From NCBI GenBank assembly GCA_965231025.1, contig OZ246407.1, forward strand, positions 845,512 to 909,511: 64,000 bases of DNA. The letters run 5' to 3'. The DNA comes from an uncultured Candidatus Peribacteria bacterium. Its GTDB lineage: Bacteria > Patescibacteriota > Gracilibacteria > UBA1369. The notes under the pieces were generated by a model. The model worked only from the letters and a program-made list of their open reading frames with translations. It made no database searches and had not been told where the DNA came from. Positions 38,125 through 47,901 of the stretch are shown one piece after another (position 1 is the stretch's first letter; the number at the start of each line of letters is the position of its first letter). Made by a program: the position numbers and the translations under genes.

Positions 38125-39990
38125 ATGCATACATTGCTCAAGACCTATTTTGGCTATGACTCGTTTCGTCCCCTCCAGGAAGATATTATTTCGCATATCC
38201 TTGCAAAAAAAGAGGCACTGGTCATTATGGCCACCGGAGGAGGAAAATCGCTCTGCTACCAGTTACCGGCCCTGAAATTCAAGGGTCTGACTCTGGTTAT
38301 TTCACCTTTGATCGCATTGATGAAAGACCAGGTCGACGGCTTAAACGCCAACGGCATTGCCGCCGAATTTATCAACAGCAGCCTATCGTATGAAGCGATC
38401 CGGGAAATCCAGACCCGATTGAAAAAAGGACACATTAAAATCCTGTACGTTGCGCCGGAGCGATTGGCCATTCCCGAATTTCAGGATTTTCTGGGCACAC
38501 TCAAGGTTGATCTGATCGCAATTGATGAAGCCCACTGCATTTCGGAATGGGGTCACGACTTTCGTCCGGAATACCGCAATCTCAAATCATTGCGGAAAAA
38601 CTTCCCCAACGTCCCGCTGATCGCGCTTACCGCAACAGCTACAAGCAAAGTACGTACGGATATCCTGGAACAGCTTCAACTGGGGGACGCCAGGGTGTTC
38701 CTTTCAAGTTTTAACCGGAGCAACCTCAACTACCAGGTCAGGCCAAAAAAAGACGCGCGAAACGAGTTAAAAGCCCTGTTAAAAAAATACGCGGGAGAAT
38801 CCGTCATTATCTACTGTTTTTCGCGCAAAAGTACCGAAGAGCTTGCTGCCGCCCTGCGTGAGGAAAACTTCAGGGCGCTCCCCTACCACGCGGGCCTTGA
38901 TGTTGAGAAAAGAAGAAAAACACAGGAGAAATTCATCAACGACGAGGTTTCCATCATCGTGGCGACCGTTGCTTTTGGAATGGGCATAGACAAGCCAAAT
39001 GTACGGCTGGTAGTCCACTACGACCTGCCAAAAAGCGTCGAGGGGTATTACCAGGAAACGGGGCGCGCGGGACGCGATGGATTGCCGAGCGAATGCGTTT
39101 TGTTCTATTCCTACGGCGACAAAATCAAACATCATTTTTTCATCAACCAGATCGAAGATCCCGCCCAGCGGCAGGCCGTGGCGGAAAAACTGGCCCGAAT
39201 CATCGAGTACGCCGAGATGCAGTCCTGTCGGAGGGCCTACCTTCTGGAATATTTCGGGGAAAACCCGGATATACTGTTGGGAGGACGCAACTGCTCCAGC
39301 TGTGATCATTGCCTCACCCCCAGGGAAGAGTTTGACGCCACGGACATCACCCAGAAAATTCTTTCCACCGTCATCCGGACAGAAGAACGTTTCGGACTCA
39401 GCTACGTCATTGATATTTTGAGAGGACACGAAACCAAAAAGGTGCAGGAAAGGCAGCACGGCAGACTGCCGGTTTTCGGCATTGCAAAAGAGCAAAAACA
39501 GGCCGACCTCCAGGAGATCATCGAGCTTCTGATTTCCGGGAAAATTCTCCAGAAAACTTCAGGGGAATATCCGATTCTCAAGGTAACCGACGAAGGAAAA
39601 GCACTGTTGAGAACGCGTCAAAAAGTCACTCTCATCAAATCAACGGTGCAAAAAGACTATTTACATGCCGCAACAACCACCAGGGCCAAAATTAAAAAAG
39701 ATTCGGACAGTATCGTTTCAGACTACCATCAGCCGCTTTTTGAACAGCTGAGGGTGTTGCGAAAGGAGATCGCCGATGAAAAACGGGTACCCCCCTTCAT
39801 CATATTCGGTGACGTTTCACTGCGCGAAATGGCTTTTTACCTGCCGCAAAGCAATGAAAGCTTTTCATTTATCACCGGCGTAGGCAGGGTCAAACTGGCC
39901 GAGTACGGGGAAGATTTTCTGACCGTGATCCGGGAATACGCCCGGAGCAATAATCTTGAAGATCGTTTAAACAAGGATTTACTGCTATGA
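38125..39990 (+). CDS. recQ: ATP-dependent DNA helicase RecQ
   Basis: FGYDSFRPLQ, ATGGGKSLCYQLPAL, DEAHCISEWGHDFRPEY, a Zn-binding Cys cluster and a C-terminal HRDC-like region. Confidence 0.93.
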   Translation: MHTLLKTYFGYDSFRPLQEDIISHILAKKEALVIMATGGGKSLCYQLPALKFKGLTLVISPLIALMKDQVDGLNANGIAAEFINSSLSYEAIREIQTRLKKGHIKILYVAPERLAIPEFQDFLGTLKVDLIAIDEAHCISEWGHDFRPEYRNLKSLRKNFPNVPLIALTATATSKVRTDILEQLQLGDARVFLSSFNRSNLNYQVRPKKDARNELKALLKKYAGESVIIYCFSRKSTEELAAALREENFRALPYHAGLDVEKRRKTQEKFINDEVSIIVATVAFGMGIDKPNVRLVVHYDLPKSVEGYYQETGRAGRDGLPSECVLFYSYGDKIKHHFFINQIEDPAQRQAVAEKLARIIEYAEMQSCRRAYLLEYFGENPDILLGGRNCSSCDHCLTPREEFDATDITQKILSTVIRTEERFGLSYVIDILRGHETKKVQERQHGRLPVFGIAKEQKQADLQEIIELLISGKILQKTSGEYPILKVTDEGKALLRTRQKVTLIKSTVQKDYLHAATTTRAKIKKDSDSIVSDYHQPLFEQLRVLRKEIADEKRVPPFIIFGDVSLREMAFYLPQSNESFSFITGVGRVKLAEYGEDFLTVIREYARSNNLEDRLNKDLLL

Positions 39991-39997
39991 TGCGCCT

Positions 39998-40570
39998 ATG
40001 GAAATAAGATCAGCAAAATTCATCAAGAGTATCGTGGCCGCCAATGAGATTTTGGAGGAGGACAAACTCCAGATTGCCTTCATCGGCCGCTCCAACGTAG
40101 GGAAGTCCAGCGTCATCAACTCGCTGACCAAACAGAAAGATCTGGCCAGAACCAGTTCCTTTCCGGGACGCACCCAGCAGATAAACATATTTTTGATCAA
40201 CAAAAACTACTATTTCATCGATCTTCCCGGATACGGGTACGCCAGGCTCTCGGGCAAGGAACGGAAGCAGCTGGCACTGTTGATCAACTGGTACCTGTTC
40301 GAATCGGAATATGAACAGGAAAAAGTCGTCTTCATCATCGACGCGGACACGGGACTTACCGAAAAGGATTTGGATATGCTCAGATGTCTGGAGGACGGAC
40401 AAAAGGATATTGTCGTGGTCGCGAACAAAGTCGACAAGATCAAGAAATCGGAATACGGCAGACAGATGAAAAAAATCCAGGAATCGGTGGGCGGACACAA
40501 AGTGATCCCCTACTCCTCGGAAAAAAGGACCGGAATTAAAGAGCTCCTGGGCGAAATCCTGCGCGGGTAG
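39998..40570 (+). CDS. engB: ribosome-biogenesis GTPase YihA/EngB
   Basis: GRSNVGKSSVIN, PGRTQ, DLPGYGYA and NKVDK motifs. Confidence 0.9.
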   Translation: MEIRSAKFIKSIVAANEILEEDKLQIAFIGRSNVGKSSVINSLTKQKDLARTSSFPGRTQQINIFLINKNYYFIDLPGYGYARLSGKERKQLALLINWYLFESEYEQEKVVFIIDADTGLTEKDLDMLRCLEDGQKDIVVVANKVDKIKKSEYGRQMKKIQESVGGHKVIPYSSEKRTGIKELLGEILRG

Positions 40571-40583
40571 AAGGATGAAATAT

Positions 40584-40657
40584 TGGCTGGGGATGAGGGA
40601 TTCGAACCCCCGATGCCGCCTCCAGAGGGCGGTGCCTTACCACTTGGCGAATCCCCA
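40584..40657 (-). tRNA. tRNA-Gln(CUG), CCA encoded
   Basis: 74-nt cloverleaf on the minus strand: U1-A72 acceptor TGGGGAT/ATCCCCA, anticodon arm CCGCC-CTCTGGA-GGCGG, T-arm GGGGG-TTCGAAT-CCCTC. Confidence 0.9.
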
Positions 40658-40777
40658 ACGTTTCAAGAAGACGGGACAAAACATACACGATATCCCCGAA
40701 AAACTCAAAACAAACTTTACAACAATCAAAATAAATGTAAAATAACCCCTTAAGCCAAATTCTAACCAAACACCCCT

Positions 40778-41296
40778 ATGGCAAGCCCGAAAAAAGGCCC
40801 ACAGCCGTTCCAGGGACCGGAATCCATTGACGCAGCAATGGCACAAGGCATCCGGCTTCTCAACGGTTCACTGGTTTTCAACACCCCAGGAGGACAAAAC
40901 GAAGTGGAAATCGTTGAAGTGGAACCTTATGTACACAGGGAACATGATAAATTCGTTGATCTGTTCAACAAAAAACCACGCCAATCAGGTGAAATGATGG
41001 TTACCTGGATGATGGGAAACCCTGTGGTATTCCTGGTTGTCAGCCCGGAACAGCAGCGCATCGTCCATCTCAAAAAATTCCGCCTGGGAAACAAAGTGAC
41101 GACATTCAAAAGCATTTGCGACACCCTTGGGATCGAAAAAGACCAGATTGACAGGCTCGACGGCCAAAGAATGATGGGGGCCGGCCCGGAAGCATTGGTC
41201 CGCCTCACAGAAAAACCTTCAGCTGAAATCGCCGATATCCGGGTAAAAACCGGAAAGTCGGTCAACAGCCTGGGAATCCTGTCAAAAGGGAAATAA
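40778..41296 (+). CDS. hypothetical protein with weak resemblance to Mpg/AAG 3-methyladenine DNA glycosylases
   Basis: By eye, LLNGSLVF.T.GG...EIVEVEPY..E.D parallels the LLG..LV......G.IVETEAY..D block of Mpg. The protein is short and divergent. It converges on the large operon with a 5-nt gap. Confidence 0.4.
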   Translation: MASPKKGPQPFQGPESIDAAMAQGIRLLNGSLVFNTPGGQNEVEIVEVEPYVHREHDKFVDLFNKKPRQSGEMMVTWMMGNPVVFLVVSPEQQRIVHLKKFRLGNKVTTFKSICDTLGIEKDQIDRLDGQRMMGAGPEALVRLTEKPSAEIADIRVKTGKSVNSLGILSKGK

Positions 41297-41301
41297 ACAT
41301 T

Positions 41302-44300
41302 CTACTTTTTCCCGGTTTCATGGTTGGCAAAATCCAGCATGAATATCTTTGGGAACTCGGAATGTTTGGAGTAGAGCATAAAGGCTATCTTGGTCACATA
41401 AGCCTCCGACTTTCGTTTCTTCTTTTTTCCGGACTTGGGCATGGTCGGATCAAGCTGCTGGTCAGGTTCCCCTTCAAGTTTGATATGAATATTATGCAGC
41501 ATAATGCCCCGGGCAGCCAACTCGACCCTGGTTTCTTCGGTCAAATCCTTAAAACTTCCGCCGTTCTTTTCGTAAATATCCTTGAGAAACGCTTCAGCTT
41601 CCTGTGCCTCGGCATAATAAGCTTCCTGGGCCTTAATGTGTTCAATGTCACGTGAAACCTCAAGTTCCGTCCCGTTGATCCTGAAATTCGTGTGAATATA
41701 CCCCTTGGATTCATTCACCTTGTTCTGGTCAACGGTTTTGCGTTTTCCATTCACAATCTGCGAAGTTCTGGTGAAAACAAGATTGCTTAAATCAAGCCCT
41801 GCAAGGTTCGGTTTTCCGGTTTTTTTGCAAACAAGAGTGTAATTATGGAACGGAGCCTCATCACCCGTATCAACGGCCTCAGCACGGCCGGAGTAGTCCT
41901 CCAGCACTTCAAATCCGAAATGTTTGGAAAGCTGCTCCTGGAAAACCGCGAACTGTTCCGGACTGCAGACGCGGCTTGTCATGGTCAATAGAAGCACACC
42001 GCCCTCCCTCAACACCCTGTTGAATTCAAGAAGCGCTTTCACCCGTTCAACATTTTCCGGATTCTTGAAGCTCTGATCGAGCCTGGTGAACTCAAAAGCA
42101 AGTGCGCAGTTGGCCGCATCAAGCTGGCCATCCTTGAGGAACCTTCTCATGTCGGTCATCGATCCCACGCGGGGAGTAAGCTTCGGTTCAATCATCCTTC
42201 CCCCAAAATCAAGCATGTGCTGATTTAAATCCAAACTCTGCACAGCCCGGTCTTTGCCATCCTGGTCGTACAGCTCAAAACTCCGCTCAAGCACAAGCGG
42301 TCCCGAGGCGATGTCGCCGAAATTCCTGCCGGTAATAATCCCTTTTTCCTCAAGTTCACGGATAAGTCCGACGACAAAACGCGCGTTGTTGCCGCTCATG
42401 GAAGGTTCCCAGTTCTCGCAATAGATTTCGGCGATCATGCGGCCGTACTGGGCAAAAACTTCCTGGATATACTCCACTCCACGGTTCTGCAAGGCACCCA
42501 TGACCATGGCGAGCGTACGTTTGCGGCTCAAGAGATAGTTCATGATGGCCGTTCCCACAAACAACCGTCCTTCCACCACGCGGATAGATTCCGAAATATC
42601 GGTACTATTTAATCTTTCGAGCAGAGCATAATCGTTCTCGGTAATGGAACCGCCGTATTTCAACAGTTCCGTGAGTGAATACTTGTATTCGGCATGTTCA
42701 CGGATGCCCTGGTGAACGGTACCGGACGCCTGGAGAACCGTCACCTCTACATCACGGTTGGAACCCCTCGCAAACCGTTTAACGAGCTGCGCGGTGTCGG
42801 CCTTGTTGAACGTAGGCTCCAGGACAACCGCACGGTGGATATGTTCAAACTCATTCGTCCCTTCCCTCATCGTACCGCTCACGGAAAAAATAATCGTCTT
42901 CCGGTCTTTCCGCTTGGACTTCTGTATGATTTCCTTCCGTTCTTCATCGGTCGTGGAACCGTCATAAACCAGAACATCGACCCTGTCGCCAAAATACTCC
43001 CTAAGCCTTCTGGCGAAGGACGGATCGCGGTACTCCTCATGTTCACGGGTGACACCGTATTTATACATATTCTCCGTGACGACGACCGCGTCATACTCCT
43101 GAAGATACTGTTCGAGTGTCTCAACGGCCTTGTCAAAAAGCGCCGACTTCACTTCCCTGCCCGGAGCGAAGTAAGAAGGGTTCATGATACAAAGCGAAAG
43201 CATGTTGAGCTTCTGCGTTGAATCCAAAGCGTCATTTTCAAAAATGGCCTTGTAGATTTCCCGCTCCTCCTTGTTCAGTTCGTAATCGACATATTCCACA
43301 TATTTCTCCTCCCAATCTTCCGGCTCATCAAGCAGCAGATAAAAATCCAGGAGCACGTTCCTCACCACGAGCGGATCGTTATTCCTGACGGTTGACGCAA
43401 GGGTGCTTAAACTTCCGTACTTCACCCGGTCGGCAATACGAAGCTGGGGAACAATGTCATCGGGGCCGTTGGGGGTAGGATCGCCGGACATCAGCATGAT
43501 GTGGCCATTCTCGTAAAGCCCCGGAATTTCCGTCGCCAGACGGTAAATGGAATCGGTATAGGTGCCGTCCGGATTCCTTGCCCACTGGACTTCATCCACA
43601 GTCATAAAATCAAACTGCTGCGTCTTCAGGAGCTCGACGACATCATCGCGGAGCATGCTGTAAGGGACTATGACGATTTCAGCTTCAAGTTCCCTGGCTT
43701 TCTGTTCATCGGTCATGTTGGCAACAATCCTCCCGATGGACGGAGCACCTTCCGCATCCTTCTTATAATACTTCCTGATCTCATTTGGCAATTCATCGAC
43801 GATCATCGTGGGACAGACGTAAAGCATTTTTTTTGCTCCCACATGCTCTTTGGAGAGAAACGCCGTACCGGTTTTTCCCAAACCCATAAAAAATCCGAGG
43901 AGTTTCCTGTTTCCCGACCGGACAACCTCATCCTGACCGGTCTCTTCATTCTTGCGGATAACGCGGTTCCCGTCCTTCATCTCCTTCATCGCCACGCGCT
44001 GCCGGAGGGAAGGAAAGGTGGCAAACGTCCCATCCTTTTTCTGAATCGCCGAAACCATCCTGCCTGACGGAGCAATAGATAAAACATCTTTCCAGTACGC
44101 GATCAGATCATCGAATATCTCTTTCTGTCTGGGCTTGGCCGGATCGAACTCCTTTCTCAATTCTTTCTCGATCGTCTCAAAACGGGCAACGTATGACTCA
44201 ATCGGACGGCCGTCATATCCGTCTTTTATCAGGTCTTTGTACACACGGTTGCGGTACATGATGAAAACGAGCAGACGAATTTCCGTGAGTTCAAGAAACT

Positions 44301-45081
44301 GATCCGGAGTCCCCACAATGCCTATCGGATTGCTTTGCGGAACCCTGTGCTTGCCGAGGTATTCAGACAAAATACGCACAACCTGTGAAAACCCCATTTT
44401 TACCCTCCCGGATGAAATAAGAAACTGTGCGACGGCATCCGTACCAAACTTTTCGATAAGCGGCTTAAACTCCTGAATGATATGCGCAAGCTCCTTGTCA
44501 CGGACGACGGTATAGCTGATGTCAAAATGTTCCCGCAAATCACGCGGAAGCATATCCCGGAGAACTTCCCAGGACTGTACGCCGGTACATCTGTCCGTCA
44601 CACCGGCCTTCAGGCGTTCAAAAAGACCGCTGCCGTTGGCCTCAAGCTGAATCCATTGCTGGTTGAACTTCCAGTTCTTGTCCACCGGTTTGGGCATCTT
44701 TGCGCGGACCTGGGGAACAAGTTCCGCAAGACACATCGCAAGATCTTTTCTCCTTTCCAAATCCTGCACCAGGCGGAACTCACCGAATGTCTCCCGTTTC
44801 TTTTCCTGAAAAAACAGCTCAATCAGGGATTCCTGGATCTGTTTTCTGGCCTGCGAAACAACTTCAAGGAGGGGGCCTTTCAGTCGATCCAGACGCAGAC
44901 GCTTATCCACAAGAGCGCAAAGCTCGAATACATCTGATACCTCCCCGACGCCAAAATCCGAAAAACGGACATGGAACGAATCGACGACGGTCGTAATTTC
45001 ATCCGCCAGACCGGGATTCCGCTCTGAAGCCGCCTTTGCCTGGTCTTCGACCACTTTCCCGATTTTCGTGAAATCAATCAT
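41302..45081 (-). CDS. 1259-aa fusion protein: unknown N-terminal region, SNF2-family helicase, class I SAM methyltransferase, unknown C-terminal region (operon gene D)
   Basis: Helicase motifs: I GLGKTG (aa 400-405), II DEVQ (496-499), III MSGDP (531-535), V-VI ..SGTMREGTN...LEPTFNKADTAQLVKRFARGS. MTase-like motifs: FGDIASGPL, SLDLN, DAANCALAFEF, LREGGVLLL (aa ~915-1035). Confidence 0.75.
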   Translation of the reverse strand: MIDFTKIGKVVEDQAKAASERNPGLADEITTVVDSFHVRFSDFGVGEVSDVFELCALVDKRLRLDRLKGPLLEVVSQARKQIQESLIELFFQEKKRETFGEFRLVQDLERRKDLAMCLAELVPQVRAKMPKPVDKNWKFNQQWIQLEANGSGLFERLKAGVTDRCTGVQSWEVLRDMLPRDLREHFDISYTVVRDKELAHIIQEFKPLIEKFGTDAVAQFLISSGRVKMGFSQVVRILSEYLGKHRVPQSNPIGIVGTPDQFLELTEIRLLVFIMYRNRVYKDLIKDGYDGRPIESYVARFETIEKELRKEFDPAKPRQKEIFDDLIAYWKDVLSIAPSGRMVSAIQKKDGTFATFPSLRQRVAMKEMKDGNRVIRKNEETGQDEVVRSGNRKLLGFFMGLGKTGTAFLSKEHVGAKKMLYVCPTMIVDELPNEIRKYYKKDAEGAPSIGRIVANMTDEQKARELEAEIVIVPYSMLRDDVVELLKTQQFDFMTVDEVQWARNPDGTYTDSIYRLATEIPGLYENGHIMLMSGDPTPNGPDDIVPQLRIADRVKYGSLSTLASTVRNNDPLVVRNVLLDFYLLLDEPEDWEEKYVEYVDYELNKEEREIYKAIFENDALDSTQKLNMLSLCIMNPSYFAPGREVKSALFDKAVETLEQYLQEYDAVVVTENMYKYGVTREHEEYRDPSFARRLREYFGDRVDVLVYDGSTTDEERKEIIQKSKRKDRKTIIFSVSGTMREGTNEFEHIHRAVVLEPTFNKADTAQLVKRFARGSNRDVEVTVLQASGTVHQGIREHAEYKYSLTELLKYGGSITENDYALLERLNSTDISESIRVVEGRLFVGTAIMNYLLSRKRTLAMVMGALQNRGVEYIQEVFAQYGRMIAEIYCENWEPSMSGNNARFVVGLIRELEEKGIITGRNFGDIASGPLVLERSFELYDQDGKDRAVQSLDLNQHMLDFGGRMIEPKLTPRVGSMTDMRRFLKDGQLDAANCALAFEFTRLDQSFKNPENVERVKALLEFNRVLREGGVLLLTMTSRVCSPEQFAVFQEQLSKHFGFEVLEDYSGRAEAVDTGDEAPFHNYTLVCKKTGKPNLAGLDLSNLVFTRTSQIVNGKRKTVDQNKVNESKGYIHTNFRINGTELEVSRDIEHIKAQEAYYAEAQEAEAFLKDIYEKNGGSFKDLTEETRVELAARGIMLHNIHIKLEGEPDQQLDPTMPKSGKKKKRKSEAYVTKIAFMLYSKHSEFPKIFMLDFANHETGKK

Positions 45082-47890
45082 AATTCAGTGAACTAATAAG
45101 AACATCGACTTGTGCAATAAATTCCTTCCGTTTCGCCATGAGCTGGTCAAGACGAGTCTTGACTGCCGTGCTGTCCCGCTGGAGCTTCTGAAAAGGTTCA
45201 ACCTCGTGGCAGAGATCATCGGTCTCTTGACCCAGCCTGAGAATGAGAGCCTTCATGTTTTCAGCCGTTGCCTGAAGCGTTTCGGCCTCAGAAACCAAAG
45301 GCTCCAAAACCGTTTCGTCCGGTTCCTCAGCGTACAGCAGAGCTCTGATCTTCATTTTCACGACCTCAAGCCTCCGGGTACCGGATTCAACACTTTCCCG
45401 CAGACTCGAACACTCTACTGTTTTGCTTCGCAACACTTCTTTTCTCCCGTCCAAAGCTTCCAAAATAACGGCGTATTCGGCCAATTTTTCGGTGCACGAC
45501 GCAATTTTCTGATCAAGGGTTTTGAGAACAAAAGCGAACTTGTCGATCTCCGGAGTGGATTCGTGCACCTCAACTCTTTTGTTCGGAGCTTCCTGCATAA
45601 GTTCGGCAAAATCCTCAGGCGTCAGCTTCAAACTGATAAACCCTCGCATATCCTCTTCTTCACCGCTGTCATCCGACTTTCTTTTCGCCTGTGTCACCTC
45701 ATAATTCGCACGGACCTTCTCCAGAAAAGGAAGTACCTGGAACTCCACAACGTCAATCGGACATGCCACCCTCCCTTTTTCAAGATCAACCGTGCCGAGA
45801 ATACTGACATACAACTCAACCATGTCATATAAAAAACCTTTTCTTCGCCGCTTCACGAACTGCACCTCGTCGGCCCACTGGAGAACATTCTTGATGCGTC
45901 CACCCATAAAGCTCAAACGCTCTTCCACAACCATCAACTCCTTTGCCTTCTCCTCCCTTTCCCTGGCAACGAGCTTTTCTTCAAGGCAGGCGGTGATGAG
46001 GGGATAAAAATCACTTTCCTTGCGGACAGGATATCCCCCGTGCAAACTGCCGTTGATATTCTGCGCCCATTGCCCGACTTTCCCCTGGGCAACGAACTCT
46101 TTAAGGTGACCGGCCGCATCAAGGCCTTTTTGGAATGGCACCTGATCCAGATAACGCTTGAGCAACATTACTTCCTGCGGGTAAAGAGGTCCGTCGAAAT
46201 CTTCACGGTGCCGTTCCCCCAGCATGGCCGCGTAGACCATTCCGGTCTCATCGTTCTCACAAGCCCCTTCCGTCCCTCCCACAGATTTCCCGTCATGCAA
46301 TTGGGCGACAAGACTGCCGTAATCCAGATTCAACTGACGGAAATCAAAAGAATCCGCTTCACCAAAATAGACGGCGAAATCCTCACAGGTGCTCACCGAT
46401 TGAGCAAGTTCATCCGTCAACCCGCGTTCAAACTGCCAAACCTGTTCGGTAAAATACCGCTTAAGTCTGCGCGTATTTCCAACCATTCCATGAAGTTTTG
46501 CGAAATACCGCTGAATGGCATGTCTCAACAAGACACCAACCTCCGCCATGGCCTCAACTTCCCGTTTATTGATACATATGGACATTGAATTTGGGCCGGC
46601 ATGATCGTCTCTGTTGTTCAGGAAGAACTTTTCCAGAAGTTTTTTCAAAATCCCCGCATGCACGTCGGCGGCAAATGACCTCAAAATATCGCCATGGACA
46701 TCGGCAAGTTTGACTCCGCTCAATTCCGGATCCAAAACAGGAGGAATCGGACTTCCTTTGCCGGCACATCGGTCTCCAAGGAAAGCTTCGTCCCTGACCG
46801 GGAGACCTCCGTGGATAACGTCATTAAGCATCGCCGCAATTTCGCCGTTCTCCAAACCGTTCTTCAGAGCGTGCTTCTTAAGGGCATGTTCGGCCGGAGA
46901 ACAATCCACCACGGCTTCCTTGTTTCCGTCCGGGTCCACGAGCGGATATTTATGTTTCTTGGGCATCACAAGCGCCACGGGAGTATGAATATCGTATTCA
47001 TATCCCTTTTGATACTGTTGAAAAACATCGACATCGAGAGCACCGATAACCGCAATCAAAGATTGAAGACTTTCATGAAGAACATCAACAAGTCTTTCAG
47101 CTTCGCGATGCGTAGAAAAAGCGGCCTGTATCCTGGTTTCTGTCACTCCCTTCAACAAACGACCCCAGTAATTCCTGAAAGAATCGAAACCGCATCCCCC
47201 TTTCGCCTCATAAGAATGCCTCATGAAAAGCTTCAGGTTGTCATTTTCAGCGGCCACCAGCTGGAAAAAATGGACGATAATATCCAGCAGATCTTTTGAA
47301 ATAATTTCCGTATCAGCACCGGACTGACCGATGAATCTCATATTGCGCAACCTTGCCGCGACATCCCGCCCCCAATTGGTTTCGAGAATTACAATCTGTT
47401 CAAGATAAAAACTTTCCACATCGTCAGGACAGCCTTCAAAAAGCTTATACATGTCCTGCGAAATTTCACCGACCTCCTCATCGTCTTCCGGCAATTCCTC
47501 CTCCGCGGGACGATTCTGGAAATTTGCGTTTCTTCTGACCTCGGCGCAAACATCCGTAGTATAGGTGTTCACAAGTACGGAAAGAGGCTTTTCAAGTGAA
47601 ATAAACGGAGTCGAAATGAGCGACTTGCGCAAACCCCTGAGACCGGCCCGAACTTCATCGGAAACGGCCAGCAGATCCTCATGGTAAAGCACCCGTTCTC
47701 CGGGAATGCTGTCAAGAACGCCCAAAACCGCGTCACGAACCTCAATTAATTTACTGGCGATATCCCTTTCAAACTCACCACGGTCACGCCTGCCATTCGC
47801 TTCAAAAAGACCCTTCACCTTGTCGTATCCTGCGTGAATCTTGGTTCGTAACACATTCTTGCTGACTCCGTCCATCTTGTTCATAGTCAC
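45074..47890 (-). CDS. 938-aa protein of unknown function, helical with C-terminal coiled coil (operon gene C)
   Basis: Long ORF whose stop overlaps the start of gene D by 8 nt. GTG start at 47890, or ATG at 47884. No signal peptide, TM segment or catalytic motif recognised. Confidence 0.7.
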   Translation of the reverse strand: MTMNKMDGVSKNVLRTKIHAGYDKVKGLFEANGRRDRGEFERDIASKLIEVRDAVLGVLDSIPGERVLYHEDLLAVSDEVRAGLRGLRKSLISTPFISLEKPLSVLVNTYTTDVCAEVRRNANFQNRPAEEELPEDDEEVGEISQDMYKLFEGCPDDVESFYLEQIVILETNWGRDVAARLRNMRFIGQSGADTEIISKDLLDIIVHFFQLVAAENDNLKLFMRHSYEAKGGCGFDSFRNYWGRLLKGVTETRIQAAFSTHREAERLVDVLHESLQSLIAVIGALDVDVFQQYQKGYEYDIHTPVALVMPKKHKYPLVDPDGNKEAVVDCSPAEHALKKHALKNGLENGEIAAMLNDVIHGGLPVRDEAFLGDRCAGKGSPIPPVLDPELSGVKLADVHGDILRSFAADVHAGILKKLLEKFFLNNRDDHAGPNSMSICINKREVEAMAEVGVLLRHAIQRYFAKLHGMVGNTRRLKRYFTEQVWQFERGLTDELAQSVSTCEDFAVYFGEADSFDFRQLNLDYGSLVAQLHDGKSVGGTEGACENDETGMVYAAMLGERHREDFDGPLYPQEVMLLKRYLDQVPFQKGLDAAGHLKEFVAQGKVGQWAQNINGSLHGGYPVRKESDFYPLITACLEEKLVAREREEKAKELMVVEERLSFMGGRIKNVLQWADEVQFVKRRRKGFLYDMVELYVSILGTVDLEKGRVACPIDVVEFQVLPFLEKVRANYEVTQAKRKSDDSGEEEDMRGFISLKLTPEDFAELMQEAPNKRVEVHESTPEIDKFAFVLKTLDQKIASCTEKLAEYAVILEALDGRKEVLRSKTVECSSLRESVESGTRRLEVVKMKIRALLYAEEPDETVLEPLVSEAETLQATAENMKALILRLGQETDDLCHEVEPFQKLQRDSTAVKTRLDQLMAKRKEFIAQVDVLISSLNYD

Positions 47891-47901
47891 GTTTGGTTAG
47901 G

